Assembly (NCBI RefSeq): GCF_964355755.1
Contig: NC_092679.1
Coordinates: 23,791,432 to 23,855,431, forward strand
DNA: 64,000 nt
Direction of reading: 5' to 3'
Origin: Antedon mediterranea
Taxonomy: Eukaryota; Animalia; Echinodermata
In this document: piece after piece, positions 1 to 12,831 of the stretch
How the letters are laid out: each line of letters opens with the position of its first letter
Position numbering within the stretch: the stretch's first letter is position 1
The notes under the pieces: generated by a model
What the model saw: the letters and a program-made list of their open reading frames with translations, nothing else
Databases searched by the model: none
What the model was told of the DNA's origin: nothing
Translations under genes and position numbers: made by a program

Positions 1-1194
1 TCCAAAATGTTTTTGTAAGCGAAAAGTAAGCTAGAGAATGATGAATTTCTATAAAATTTGTGTTTTTAATACCAATTACTTTGAGAAAGCTTTCACAATT
101 TTTTCACCACACCAAATGTTATGACATAAGTTTATAAAAAATTAAAATATTACAAAATATTATTTATTATATAAAAAAAAAATTGTGTAAACAAAGCTTG
201 ATGAGTAATAACTTTTTAAATAATGTTAAAAAGTACCTGGTTATTTTGATCTTTTTAAGTATTACTAGGTAAATGTCAAGTTTAAATAAATAAAAGACCT
301 GCTTTCCTTACTTCAATGCTAATAAAGCAATTAAATTATTAACATGGTTGCTATGAAGGGTAAACCAGAATGGCTTTGTTTGTTTTCAAAACTAAATGTT
401 TTTCCTCGTCCACCCACTTCCTTTCCCATAGCCCTTCTGCCATTTTAAATCTTAATTTGCACAATACAATGCGGTTTGCCGTACAATACCTTGTTTTCAA
501 ACAGGATACTGTATTCAATCTTTAAGTTTATTTCCACAACAGGATATACACTTTGAATTTGAATTTCATTTTAAAAATCAATAACATGGTAGTACCATCA
601 TCGACTTTAAAAACATTTTATTTTCAATAGTTGAAACTTCCCAATTGACACTCACAACTTGTTTGCTCTTCCTATTGGCCAAATAAAAAAATGTTGCAGC
701 TGCATGACTTTATGTACTGTACTTCAAAGAAATTTCCCTACAACGTTTGATGTTTTGTAAAATAATGCATATTACACTTACAGGTACTTAAAAAAAGACA
801 TTAAACCAGGTCATTCCTTGTCTTAAATGTAAATGTTATGGTTTATATGATAAAAGCAGGCCTTGTCTTTTGAAAATAATAAAAATAATAATTATAAAAT
901 GATAGGTGTGCTACAAATTGTTTGTATTTTGGTGAGTAGAAGTTTACCAAATGTAATCGTGTTGTAAATCGCACTCCTCAAGTGCATTTTAGGAGTGTGT
1001 TAGGTGAGTGATCGCACTCGCTCGCCTTAAAAGACAAGGCCTGAAAAAGAGGAAATCAATGTACTGTACTACCTTTCTTAGTAGCTCATGTCAAATGTAC
1101 GCAAGGACCTAGTCTATCTACCTACAGTAGGCTTAGTTTTTTGGGTTTAAACAGTGGTAACTAACATACGAACATCATACACTACTGTACAGTA

Positions 1195-1397
1195 GCTATG
1201 GGCCTACTGTAGCTACATGGGCCTACTGTAGCTACATGGGCCTACTGTAGCTATGGGCCTACTGTAGCTATGGGCCTACTGTAGCTATGGGCCTACTGTA
1301 GCTACATGGGCCTACTGTAGCTACATGGGCCTACTGTACAGTAGCTACATGGGCCTACTGTAGCTATGGGCCTACTGTAGCTATGGGCCTACTGTAG
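1195..1397. repeat. Minisatellite, 17-19 bp unit (CTACTGTAGCTA[CA]TGGGC), about 11 copies
   Basis: Tandem repeats are directly visible. Confidence 0.95.
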
Positions 1398-2023
1398 ACT
1401 GGTGTTGTCTTCTTGTTGAATTAATTATCTGCCCTTTTTTGGGCATAATCTGTTTATACATATTGGGGAATACTTGGTATTTTCGCTAAAAAGTTAAGGT
1501 TCTTCCATTGCTTTCCGATCACAATATCACAGCAAGTGCATCGCAAACAAAACGATATCAATCAATGGTCTTCTTTTTTAACACTTCCGAGTTGGCTTCT
1601 TTTCGAGATGGCTTCTTATTAAGATTACATGCATGGCAAACTAAAGATATTAGGGGAGCTTTGAAATTAATGATGTAAATTGTGTGAATTCTACGATCTA
1701 CAGTAGGCTACCCTATTTATTTAGAGCCTCTAGGCCTACATAATAAAAAAAAATTAAACCTTTTTTTAAGACAAACCATAAAATAAGCAGCCATCGCCAT
1801 ATATTATATTGAAAATGATATTCATAATTAATAATTTAATAAACAATAAACATTATTGACAGAAGCTAGTATTTAATAATCTAGAAAACTAAGCTTAGTA
1901 GTAACGCAGGAAACCTAGTTTGAATAGGAAAATATAAAATAGATTGTCGAGGGGTAGGGCTTAATTCTCCGCATCACTACACGCTGGACAAAGTAGGCAT
2001 CGCCTGCCAGGAGGTAGGGAGAG

Positions 2024-3459
2024 GGTGTCAGATGAAATCGGTCGCGTCTGAAATCGGTCGCGTTTGAAATCGGTCGCGATAAAATCAACTTCCGGTATTT
2101 TGTATGGCGCGCCGCTAGAGCTATACGTTTAATGATATCGGTTGCGTTTGAAATCGGTCGCGCTATTTTGCATGGGATTCACTAGATTCATTTTTAATGA
2201 AAACGCTAATTATGTTTTTAGTTAATTTTGAATATAGAATTTCTAATACTATTAACAATTTTTTTACCTCGATCGTTATTATTTTTTTAGTAAATATAAA
2301 TATTTATCTCATTATTTATAAATTTGTGTTTTCATTTTATCTTACAGGTGTCAATGAATAATTGTAATGTGTTCGTTTAGAAAATCGTTTTCAAAGTGTT
2401 ATTGAATATTGTTTAAGTTTTTGAAAAGATTAGCATGCCACTGTTTAAAGTTTTAATAATGTTGAAATAATTTAATATTAAACAAGTAGACGCGCCTATT
2501 GCGTATTTTTTAATCGCAGTTAATTACGAAACTTGTTCTATACATGCAAGTGGATACCAGCTCAATGAGGTTTATGCAATAAAGGAAGATGATGTATGTT
2601 GATGATTTTTACGTTCGATATCCGCCACTCTTACGTGAGCATGGTTTTAGGATAATACTAATAAAATAATAGGCCGTTATAAATCAATCTACCGGGCCTA
2701 TACAGTAGGACTATGCAGTATGCTGTACAATGATAGGCCTAGATGTGAGAATAATAATGGATGGATATTAAAAGGTGGGCACGATTCTCAAAGAGGTAAT
2801 CTTGCACTGATATTTAAACATTTAGATGTACGAACGGCGTACGAATGTGAGACACTGAGTGGTACTTAATTATTTACATTTAGTGCTTATAAATGAAGAA
2901 ATATTCAAATTAAAAACTATAGTATCGCCGACGTATATATACGTAAATTATATACATCGTTTCACCATGGAACTATGTTTCACAAAAACACGTGCAGGCC
3001 TATAGATGTTTCAAACGTATGGTTATTAGTAAAAGGCCTACGTCATCTTTACATGGCCATGGACAATGATCGTAAGTGTTTTGTCCATGATTTGACACAC
3101 TAAGTGCGTGTTTCTTTTAAAGGGAATCCCCGTCAGCAAAATAACGTGCAGTAGTAACGTCGTCTGCACGATCATAGAAGGCACATCCACGATATGGCCT
3201 ATTTCGGGGTTTATTAACCAAAATAAAAAATATCCACATAAATAATCTGGTTCCTAAAAAATATCAATTAAATCTAGACTATATATAAACGAAGAAAATG
3301 TAAATCCCGCTAGCATGCATCTCGCTCCATACAAAATAGCGCGACCGATTTCAAACGTATAGCTCTAGCGGCGCGCCATACAACATACCGGAAGTTGATT
3401 TTATCGCGACCGATTTCAAACGCGACCGATTTCAGACGCGACCGATTTCATCGTAAACC
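2024..3459. mobile_element. Non-autonomous TIR DNA transposon with 8-bp TSD (Merlin/MULE/hAT-like; superfamily unresolved)
   Basis: Inverted termini of >100 bp contain tandem GAAATCGGTCGCG subrepeats (2033-2080, mirrored at 3405-3450). Ends are GG...CC. The identical 8-mer AGGGAGAG flanks both ends (2016-2023 and 3460-3467). No intact internal ORF. Confidence 0.88.
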
Positions 3460-4925
3460 AGGGAGAGAGGAGGAAACATAACGAGCTCTTGCCCACTCTC
3501 TAGATAGTAGAGGCCTAGCTAAAAGACCCGACCATTATTTTAATAATTGTATCTAAAAATAATTATTAAGTCATTCACAATCAATAATTGTATATCTACA
3601 TAATCTAATAATAAATATGATTCAAATCACCTTCATTAAGGTCATTCCCCTGATTTTGATTTCGGTTATTACCACTCATCCTTTCTATTTTTGTAGAAAA
3701 TTCCCCTCCTGATACCGCCCTCTATATCCTCAGAAAAGGAGCGAGCTTGATATTTGGGATTTCCCCGATGTCGTAATGCAAATTTTGTGAGTTTCGTCAT
3801 CGTGCAATCACGATTCACAGAATTTCAAGTACAGTAACGGAGAGTAAATAGGAGATACACCCACTCACAAATTTTACATGAAAAAAATTAAAATGAAAAG
3901 ACATAGGTCTACACAAACTGTCCATACAATCTTTATTTCGGAGTCTTCTTATGGGAAATCCCGATATTTAACACGAAACGTAGCCAACTTCTCAAGATAT
4001 TGAATTTAATGTTAAAATGATCCCATGGGTAACTTCATATTTAAATATGTGTTTCTTGGAATGTTTTTTTTTTTCGGAGAAGTGTGTGAATACAGTGGAA
4101 ACATTACATATTAGTATCAGTATCAGTAATTGGACCACTCTGTCAAACCAAATCAATTTTTTTTCCAAACGTGGATTTGGGGATCTTGGAAAAACCAGGC
4201 CTTCAACGATTGAGAGATGTATCTGCAGAGTGATCAAAGCTCAGAACTTATGTAGAACTTAGGCATATGTTACTGTATATACGTTCATGGTGGACCCAGT
4301 ATTGGAGGGACAAGGGGAAGGGAGGGGTGGATTGCAACAAACGTGCATTGGGTAAATTTAAGAGGTATTATTCGATAAAGCATTTCATTTTAAACAATAA
4401 ATGGTCAAGGACTATTTGAGTTTCGGTTCGGAGTTCTTACGTCATGTTTGTAGCATATAACACAGGCCTACAAATGACAGCGATTTGAACTTTTGTAATC
4501 TGGCCTATTAATACAATACTACTGCAAATGTATAATTTTCACAGGTTAAATGATAATAAACAGCGGTGTTCGTATGTAAGGGGTATAGAGATAATAGACG
4601 ATACTATATAACCTAGTAACTGTGACAAGTTACACTATATAATTATAAAGCAGTAACTGTGCTCAAAACTAGGTCTATGTGATTGCACTATAAAGCACTG
4701 TAACTGTGCTCAAAGGGCTTCAAAATTGCACAAAATGACACACTAACAACAATACACTATAAAACAGCGGTGTTGGCATGTAAGGGGCTAGAGACACATA
4801 ATTGATGAGTGATGATTGCACTATAAAGCACTGTATTTGTGCTCAAAAGGCTTCAAACATATTGCATTGAAATCACACACTAATATAATAACAATTTTAA
4901 TTTTGAAATGACACGTGACTACTAA

Positions 4926-5079
4926 TAAAAAGCCACTAGCTCTGCAACCCCATGGATCTCATCATAAAAGCCACTAGCTCTGCAACCCCATGGATCTCAT
5001 CATAAAAGCCACTAGCTCTGCAACCCCATGGATCTCATCATAAAAGCCACTAGCTCTGCAACCCCATGGATCTCATCAT
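4926..5079. repeat. Tandem repeat, 38-bp unit x4 (TAAAAGCCACTAGCTCTGCAACCCCATGGATCTCATCA)
   Basis: Four near-identical copies are visible. Confidence 0.95.
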
Positions 5080-5421
5080 AATCTGCTGTATTCACAAATA
5101 GCAATATACACCTTTTAAAATACTTTGACATTTCACTTGACCTGAATTTAGGTAGGATTTTTTTATTTATTTTTTTTTTACATTTTGTCTTTTTTAGGAT
5201 TACTAGGGCACGGGATTGTTGCGATGCATGACATTTCTGATAATTATAATGATGATGATGTTGTTGATGATTATATGACTATAATATTGATGTTGATTTT
5301 GTTGTGTTTCCATTCATTATTTTGCTCAATTGTTATAATAATTGTTTTATTTTGGTTGCACCACTAACGACAGTGTGTGTGCCACTGATAAAAAAAATGA
5401 TGACCAATAAATAATAAATAA

Positions 5422-5781
5422 AACAATAGTGGTCCGATAAAGGATTGATAACAATAGTGGTCCGATAAAGGATTGATAACAATGTGGTCCGATAAAGGAT
5501 TGATAACAATAGTGGTCCGATTAAGGATTGATAACAATGTGGTCCGATAAAGGATTGATAACAATAGTGGTCCGATAAAGGATTGATAACAATAGTGGTC
5601 CGATTAAGGATTGATGACAATAGTGGTCCGATACAGGATTGATAACAATAGTGGTCCGATAAAGGATTGATAACAATGTGGTCCGATAAAGGATTTATAA
5701 CAATAGTGGTCCGATAAAGGATTTATAACAATAGTGGTCCGATAAAGGATTTATAACAATAGTGGTCCGATAAAGGATTGG
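5422..5781. repeat. Minisatellite, 27-28 bp unit (AACAATAGTGGTCCGATAAAGGATTGAT), about 13 copies
   Basis: Directly visible. It explains the spurious ORFs at 5333-5620. Confidence 0.95.
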
Positions 5782-8397
5782 TGACCAAAGCTAACTTGAG
5801 ACCTATTGCAGCACTGAACTAATGGGTCAGAACAATTCTGTTTCAAAATGACACACATCATTGAATAAAACCACAATTTCTAAAAAACAAAATTCCTGAT
5901 ATTAGAGGATTATCAATAAATAAAACAACTAGGCCTACTGAAGGATGGGTTTCCGTATACGCTAAATAAAAACTAATAATAATAATGATAATGGCGATTC
6001 GCCACCCACACGATCAGGAAAATATAGCCTAACACGTACACGGAAGTCAGACACTACAACAGCATTATCTTTACATTTCTGTTTTCTTGTATTTTTTTTT
6101 ATCACGATTTTGTGACTTTTCATGTGCATCATGTTTATTATTATAAAATTATTTAAATTAAATGTATTATTAATTGCAAAATAAATATTATTGTATTTTT
6201 ATTTTTAAAATCTATAAGAGTACGATAAACAGTTCATCTGTCGTCTGCCGTTCAGCGATTTACACATAATCATAAGATATTCAATCAACGTGTTGTTGTT
6301 TCATCAACTTTGACTTGCTGTCATAATAATACTAATTAGTCAAAATCAATCAAACAATCACAAAACAAAAGAAAAAACCGACTAATATTAAATTATCAAA
6401 TCTGAACATGTATGTGCCTCGTTTTTATATCTTGAAACATTCAATACGTTTAATGGGTCACATGACTGTGGCAACTAACAGATGTCTTCCCTTGTCATGG
6501 CATCATCACCCACCCCGAAGGAAAGACGAAACAGCTCAGGTTCAAATATCTAGTAGATGTCATGGAAGGCACTCTGAAAGCTGCGGGGTGTTCCCGAAGG
6601 AACATGGCTCTATTTGAGTGCACCACCACTACTACACCCTGATCCTTTCCTCTCCAAGCGGGCCGAGCCATCGAACGGGATAGGGAGCGGCCCGGATGTA
6701 TAATCCCCTTAAAACATAGGGTAGACATGGCTCCCACATCACCGAGCATGTGAGGTTCTAGATGCGCAATCCCGATATAAAAAGAATACCGCAACCCCAA
6801 CACCCAAACATGATTTTGCAGTAAGCTGATCCAGAATGTTAAATAGAGGCAAGGGGTCTAAACATTGTAAAAGTGAAATCAATTGCTAACCTATGATCTA
6901 TTTTTATATTATGTGGATCTTGGAACTCCCTCCCTCCGTCGTCAATAACGCCAAACCTCTGCCTTAATTTAGATGTAATTACAACATCCCTTTCACCCAT
7001 TGCTCAATGTTTAGCACGGGATATTATAATGCTATGTGATTGCAATGATTGAATGGTATTTAATTGCTACATGCAATAAGAAATCAATTTAATTATTTTA
7101 TTATTCGTATTTTCTTAACCGGAAATTCCACAAATGCAAGAAGTCGTAAAGAGAATATTTATTCATCATTCAAGCAGGTTATCCAATCAATTAAGACTCT
7201 ATCAAGCAACAATCGATGTTTGTTCATAAGACTGCGTAATTCATGGAAATGTCGAACCTCGTAATTCCGTGAAAATATAGATTTAGTGAATATCGATGAG
7301 ATTAAATGGTTGTTTACAATGTATTTAATATTACGAATTGTTTACAATACACTATTAATTGCACATTTAATCATAAATCGTTACGCATTCAGTCAGTCAA
7401 CGAACGAGACCCTAATGAATGTACTACTGTCAATCTTGTTATTATTTTCATCTTTTCCTTCTTCTTAAATAACCGCCATTGTCTTGCTATTTGCTTTTAA
7501 ATTGTAATTAACATATATAATGTTTGTTTTTAATTCGGGGCCTATTGGAGATGAATGAGCGTGAAACAAACGAAGCGGGGGGGGGGGGGGGGGGACTTGT
7601 TGGAACCGGCCCACCTAAATTGTGATAAATAAAATGCAAGATCATAGCTATGTTCAATTCATTTTACAATTGTTTCCTATTTCAAAATCATGGATCCGCT
7701 ATTGAGTGTCGAGTACATAATACATGCACACATCACTACACACGAGATAAAATAATAATAATTATAATTTATATATAATCAGCAATAGTAAATTACAGAA
7801 TTTCATATACTCTCACATTTAAATCAATGCACTGCGCCTACATCCTACAACGAGTTGTTAATTAACAATTAACCACTCCCTGCATTCTATCAGTAGGCCT
7901 ACAATAGAATAGCGATTCTTAATGCAGCAGTAATGGACTTATTATAGGCCAAGCCACAAAAAAATTGTTTGACGTCAAACAATACAATAAAACCTCGTTT
8001 CTATTTATAATTAATAATAATCAATTGAATCATGGAGGAATAAAAATAGTTACCTACTTGATTTAATCATACAATAATTAATGTTGTATTTTAGGACGCA
8101 AAAGGTGAAACCCCTGAATTTCGAAGAAATCATGAAATACTTTTAGGAATTGAGGAATTCACTGATTCCAAGCCTACTTGTACCTTAGAGACTAAACGCC
8201 AGTGAACGTATCAGTACAAACGAGTCGCATGTCTCCAGCAGGAGTTCTAAGAAGAATATTTCGACAAAATAGGGAAATTCTTCCTCATGTTTTATGCAGT
8301 ACATTCTAAAAACATACAACATTCAATTTCAAAGAAGAAGTGGACGGGGTAGAAAGGCCCCGACCTTTTTACTTCTTAAAAGAAAAAAAAGAAAAAA

Positions 8398-9035
8398 TTG
8401 GTTCCCACAGGACGCAACGCAAGGACGTAAACGCAACGCAAGTCTAATGCTTGGTTTTCACTTAAGCGTGGTTCCCACTAGCGACGCAACGCAAGGACGT
8501 AACGCAACGCAAGCGTTTTAACCAATGACAAGCGAAGTTATAGACAGTATATAGCAATCACAAGCGAATAAGCCATCGCTTGTGATTGGTCAATTAACTT
8601 GCGTTGCGTTACGTCATTGCGTTGCGTGGCTAGTAGGAACCACGCTTAAAGCTGCGACACAAGACGTAATGCAACGTATGTAAATTGACCAATCACAAAA
8701 GATGAATTATTCGAACTGTCGCTTGCAGTGGTGGTTCCCACTAGCGACGCAACACAAGGACGTAACGCAACGCAAGTGAATTGACCAATCACAAGCGATG
8801 GCTTATTCGCTTGTGATTGCTAACTGTCTATAACTTCGCTTGTTATTGGTTAAAAAGCTTGCGTTACGTTCTAGTGGGAACCAAGCTTCAACACGCTTGC
8901 GTTGCGTTTACGGCCTTGCGTTGTCTCCATTGAGAACAAAGCTTTATGACCTATCACAGGCGATGGATGATCCCAACTTATTTGCGTTGCGTCTACGCAA
9001 ACTTCCTTGCGCTGCATCTCTATTGGGAACCATGT
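8398..9035. mobile_element. Cluster of nested palindromic MITEs (PIF/Harbinger-like, AGC(T/G)TGGTTCCCACTAG termini)
   Basis: One complete copy at 8465-8646 has inverted ends and TTA/TAA flanks. Further copies or fragments lie at 8730-8890 and adjacent, with relatives at ~19235, ~22168 and ~26735. Confidence 0.75.
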
Positions 9036-10231
9036 ATGGTGGTTAGCTATACTGTTAGCTATACTGTTCTATACTGTTCTATACTGTTAGTAGCATACTG
9101 TTTTTATACGTTATCTTTAATGTATTTTGAGTGTTTTATAATCGTATTATTCTCCGGAAAATAAATTTCATGTGAAGTAAATGTGACAATTAATTGAATA
9201 TTTAAATATTTTACATGTTTTACCATAGGTCTGTTAACTTACATCCAAAATAATAGTAATGTTAATAATGATGATAAATAATTATTATAAAGTATAATGC
9301 TAGGTTATTAGTGTGATTTATTTTTAACCACAATATATTATCAACAACTTTAAAGTTTGTAATAAGGTTTGGACATGGAAGGTGCAAATCCTGGAAGGGG
9401 AAGAAACTTGGAACCACATCACAAGAAAGCGGTCCCTTTATTTCTCCGAGTTTTGTGGTTTCTCATTTGAAAAGTGTGCACCACCTCCCTCTCCTTTAGA
9501 CTTACGCCATATTTCTGATTGTTTTGTGATAATTAATCAATCGCGTGTTACTAACTAAAAACAATTCAAATATACAACAGGAATGCTCTCATATGATAAC
9601 AATATTGTTTTTGTTATTAATAAAAGTATGCGTCTAATGTGAAATTATTTGACTCTTTTTTGTTGTTTTGTTGTTGTTAAACGTGACTTAGGCCTACTAA
9701 TAAACAACAACAACAAAATGACAATAGCTGCACGTCCGACGCGAAAGAATGTAAACAAAATATGAATACATCTAACAATATAACTTCCGCAGATGCATAT
9801 TATACTGTACTGTAACCCACATTATCATCTTATATTTACCGATGTATGGATAACTACATACAATTGTCTATAGAATATCCAAACACAAAAATAAACCAAT
9901 AAATGGAATGATCTCATCCAACTAAAATGTTGATTTTGTGAAATGTTTTCACAGGTCCGCCGAACGCACAGTCCTGACTTATGCTGTCACTAAAATGGCT
10001 ATGTTATTACAGCATTCACAAACTTAACTTAATTTCCTGACATAATTTACTATTACAGTCTATCAATAGAACTAGATAAATGGAATGATATCATATAATC
10101 GCAATATTGACTTTATGAAATGTATTCATAGGCCCCATGAACAGATAATGTATCAATAAACAACCATAAACACTACCATAGTAAAACAAAAACCCAATTA
10201 GAATGATGGCATTGACTTACTCCCTCCCCCA

Positions 10232-12090
10232 TCATAGGATAGGATAATTGTGTTGTGGGGTGGTAATGGACAGATAATGTCATACAGGATAGGATAATTG
10301 TGTTGTGGGGTGGTAATGGACAGATAATGTCATACAGGATAGGATAATTGTGTTGTGGGGTGGTAATGGACAGATAATGTCATACAGGATAGGATAATTG
10401 TGTTGTGGGGTGGTAATGGACAGATAATGGCATACAGGATAGGATAATTGTGTTGTGGGGTGGTAATGGACAGATAATGTCATACAGGATAGGATAATTG
10501 TGTTGTGGGGTGGTAATGGACAGATAATGTCATACAGGATAGGATAATTGTGTTGTGGGGTGGTAATGGACAGATAATGTCATACAGGATAGGATAATTG
10601 TGTTGTGGGGTGGTAATGGACAGATAATGTCATACAGGATAGGATAATTGTGTTGTGGGGTGGCAATGGACAGATAATGTCATACAGGATAGGATAATTG
10701 TGTTGTGGGGTGGCAATGGACAGATAATGTCATACAGGATAGGATAATTGTGTTGTGGGGTGGTAATGGACAGATAATGTCATACAGGATAGGATAATTG
10801 TGTTGTGGGGTGGTAATGGACAGATAATGTCATACAGGATAGGATAATTGTGTTGTGGGGTGGTAATGGACAGATAATGTCCTACACAGGATAGGATAAT
10901 TGTGTTGTGGGGTGGTAATGGACAGATAATGTCATACACAGGATAGGATAATTGTGTTGTGGGGTGGTAATGGACAGATAATGTCATACAGGATAGGATA
11001 ATTGTGTTGTAGGGTGGTAATGGACAGATAATGTCATACAGGATAGGATAATTGTGTTGTGGGGTGGTAATGGACAGATAATGTCATACAGGATAGGATA
11101 ATTGTGTTGTGGGGTGGTAATGGACAGATAATGTCATACAGGATAGGATAATTGTGTTGTGGGGTGGTAATGGACAGATAATGTCATACAGGATAGGATA
11201 ATTGTGTTGTGGGGTGGTAATGGACAGATAATGTCATACAGGATAGGATAATTGTGTTGTGGGGTGGTAATGGACAGATAATGGCATACAGGATAGGATC
11301 ATTGTGTTGTGGGGTGGTAATGGACAGATAATGTCATACAGGATAGGATAATTGTGTTGTGGGGTGGTAATGGACAGATAATGTCCTACACAGGATAGGA
11401 TAATTGTGTTGTGGGGTGGTAATGGACAGATAATGTCATACAGGATAGGATAATTGTGTTGTGGGGTGGTAATGGACAGATAATGGCATACAGGATAGGA
11501 TCATTGTGTTGTGGGGTGGTAATGGACAGATAATGTCATACAGGATAGGATAATTGTGTTGTGGGGTGGTAATGGACAGATAATGTCCTACACAGGATAG
11601 GATAATTGTGTTGTGGGGTGGTAATGAACAGATAATGTCATACAGGATAGGATAATTGTGTTGTGGGGTGGTAATGGACAGATAATGGCATACAGGATAG
11701 GATCATTGTGTTGTGGGGTGGTAATGGACAGATAATGTCATACAGGATAGGATAATTGTGTTGTAGGGTGGTAATGGACAGATAATGTCCTACACAGGAT
11801 AGGATAATTGTGTTGTGGGGTGGTAATGGACAGATAATGTCATACAGGATAGGATAATTGTGTTGTGGGGTGGTAATGGACAGATAATGTCATACAGGAT
11901 AGGATAATTGTGTTGTGGGGTGGTAATGGACAGATAATGTCATACAGGATAGGATAATTGTGTTGTGGGGTGGTAATGGACAGATAATGTCATACAGGAT
12001 AGGATAATTGTGTTGTGGGGTGGTAATGGACAGATAATGTCATACAGGATAGGATAATTGTGTTGTGGGGTGGTAATGGACAGATAATGT
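10232..12090. repeat. 50-bp minisatellite (CATACAGGATAGGATAATTGTGTTGTGGGGTGGTAATGGACAGATAATGT), about 37 copies
   Basis: Directly visible, with occasional 52-bp variants and strong G/C strand skew. Confidence 0.98.
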
Positions 12091-12649
12091 TGTCAAAACA
12101 ATGTTTATTTGCCATTCTTAATTAATCTATAATACTCCCGTGACATCCATCTGAAAAACCAATCTAGTAAAAGAACAATTTGAATGATGACATTGACTTT
12201 GCCTTCACCCCCCTTCCCTATCATACAGGATAACTGTGGGGTGGGGTGATAGGGGTGTGGGGTTCAGAGCAAAATATACTAACAGTGGACCTATATAAGT
12301 TCATGATATTAAGGCCAATTTACACAGACGAGCTGTAACTTTAGAACTTGCTTCATTTTACACATTTCAAGCCCTACCCCCGCAAGCTCCCTACATGACA
12401 CCCCATTCCCCATCGCCTATTTCTAAATCCTGAAGAATGTTAATTAAAAACACTGTTATTGTAGGCTGTAGCTTTCCAGGTAGGGTGGGTTAATCAATCG
12501 CCAATACAATTGATATATTGTATGGTTCATTGAGTAACAATATAATAATTCTAGATTCCCAGCTCCTTTATAACGCTGCCTATTACAATGTCTAGTTCAA
12601 TCAGCCGTTCATTACTTAACCGGATCCTATGGATATACTGACATACTGT

Positions 12650-12735
12650 AACCGAAACCAGGTAACGTAACGTATTACGTAAGTCTGTACAGCGCGCGAA
12701 ACATGGATTTCCCCACAACGAGGAAATTATAAATA
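12650..12735 (+). promoter_or_regulatory. Putative core promoter of the galaxin-like gene (TATA box plus upstream motifs)
   Basis: TATAAATA at 12728-12735, about 100 bp before the ATG. Also AACCGAAACC (12650), TTACGTAA (12675) and GGATTTCCCC (12705). Confidence 0.5.
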
Positions 12736-12831
12736 GCCGATGAGAGGGTAGCCCTTCTTCACTTACGATATTTAACTCGAACACAAAGGTTGGCATTAAA
12801 TATATCTGATTGAGACTCAACTCAACAACCA

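Noticed and set aside
1-1600. Possible exons of a gene entering from the left edge
   Set aside because: There are isolated splice-like signals but no consistent reading frame or recognisable protein motif.
2560-2900. Possible FLYWCH/transposase remnant inside the 2024-3459 element
   Set aside because: Only isolated dipeptide/tripeptide hints (DGY, RC) interrupted by stops, which is not supportable by eye.
3690-3965. Several NF-kB-like decamers (GGGATTTCCC at ~3757, GGGAAATCCC at ~3953)
   Set aside because: There is no adjacent identifiable gene or TSS in the window, so they cannot be distinguished from chance or repeat-derived matches.
10232-12090. CRISPR-like regular array and repeat-derived ORFs (10280-10483, 10730-10987)
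   Set aside because: Monomers are contiguous with no unique spacers, there are no cas genes, and the context is eukaryotic. The ORFs are translations of the repeat.
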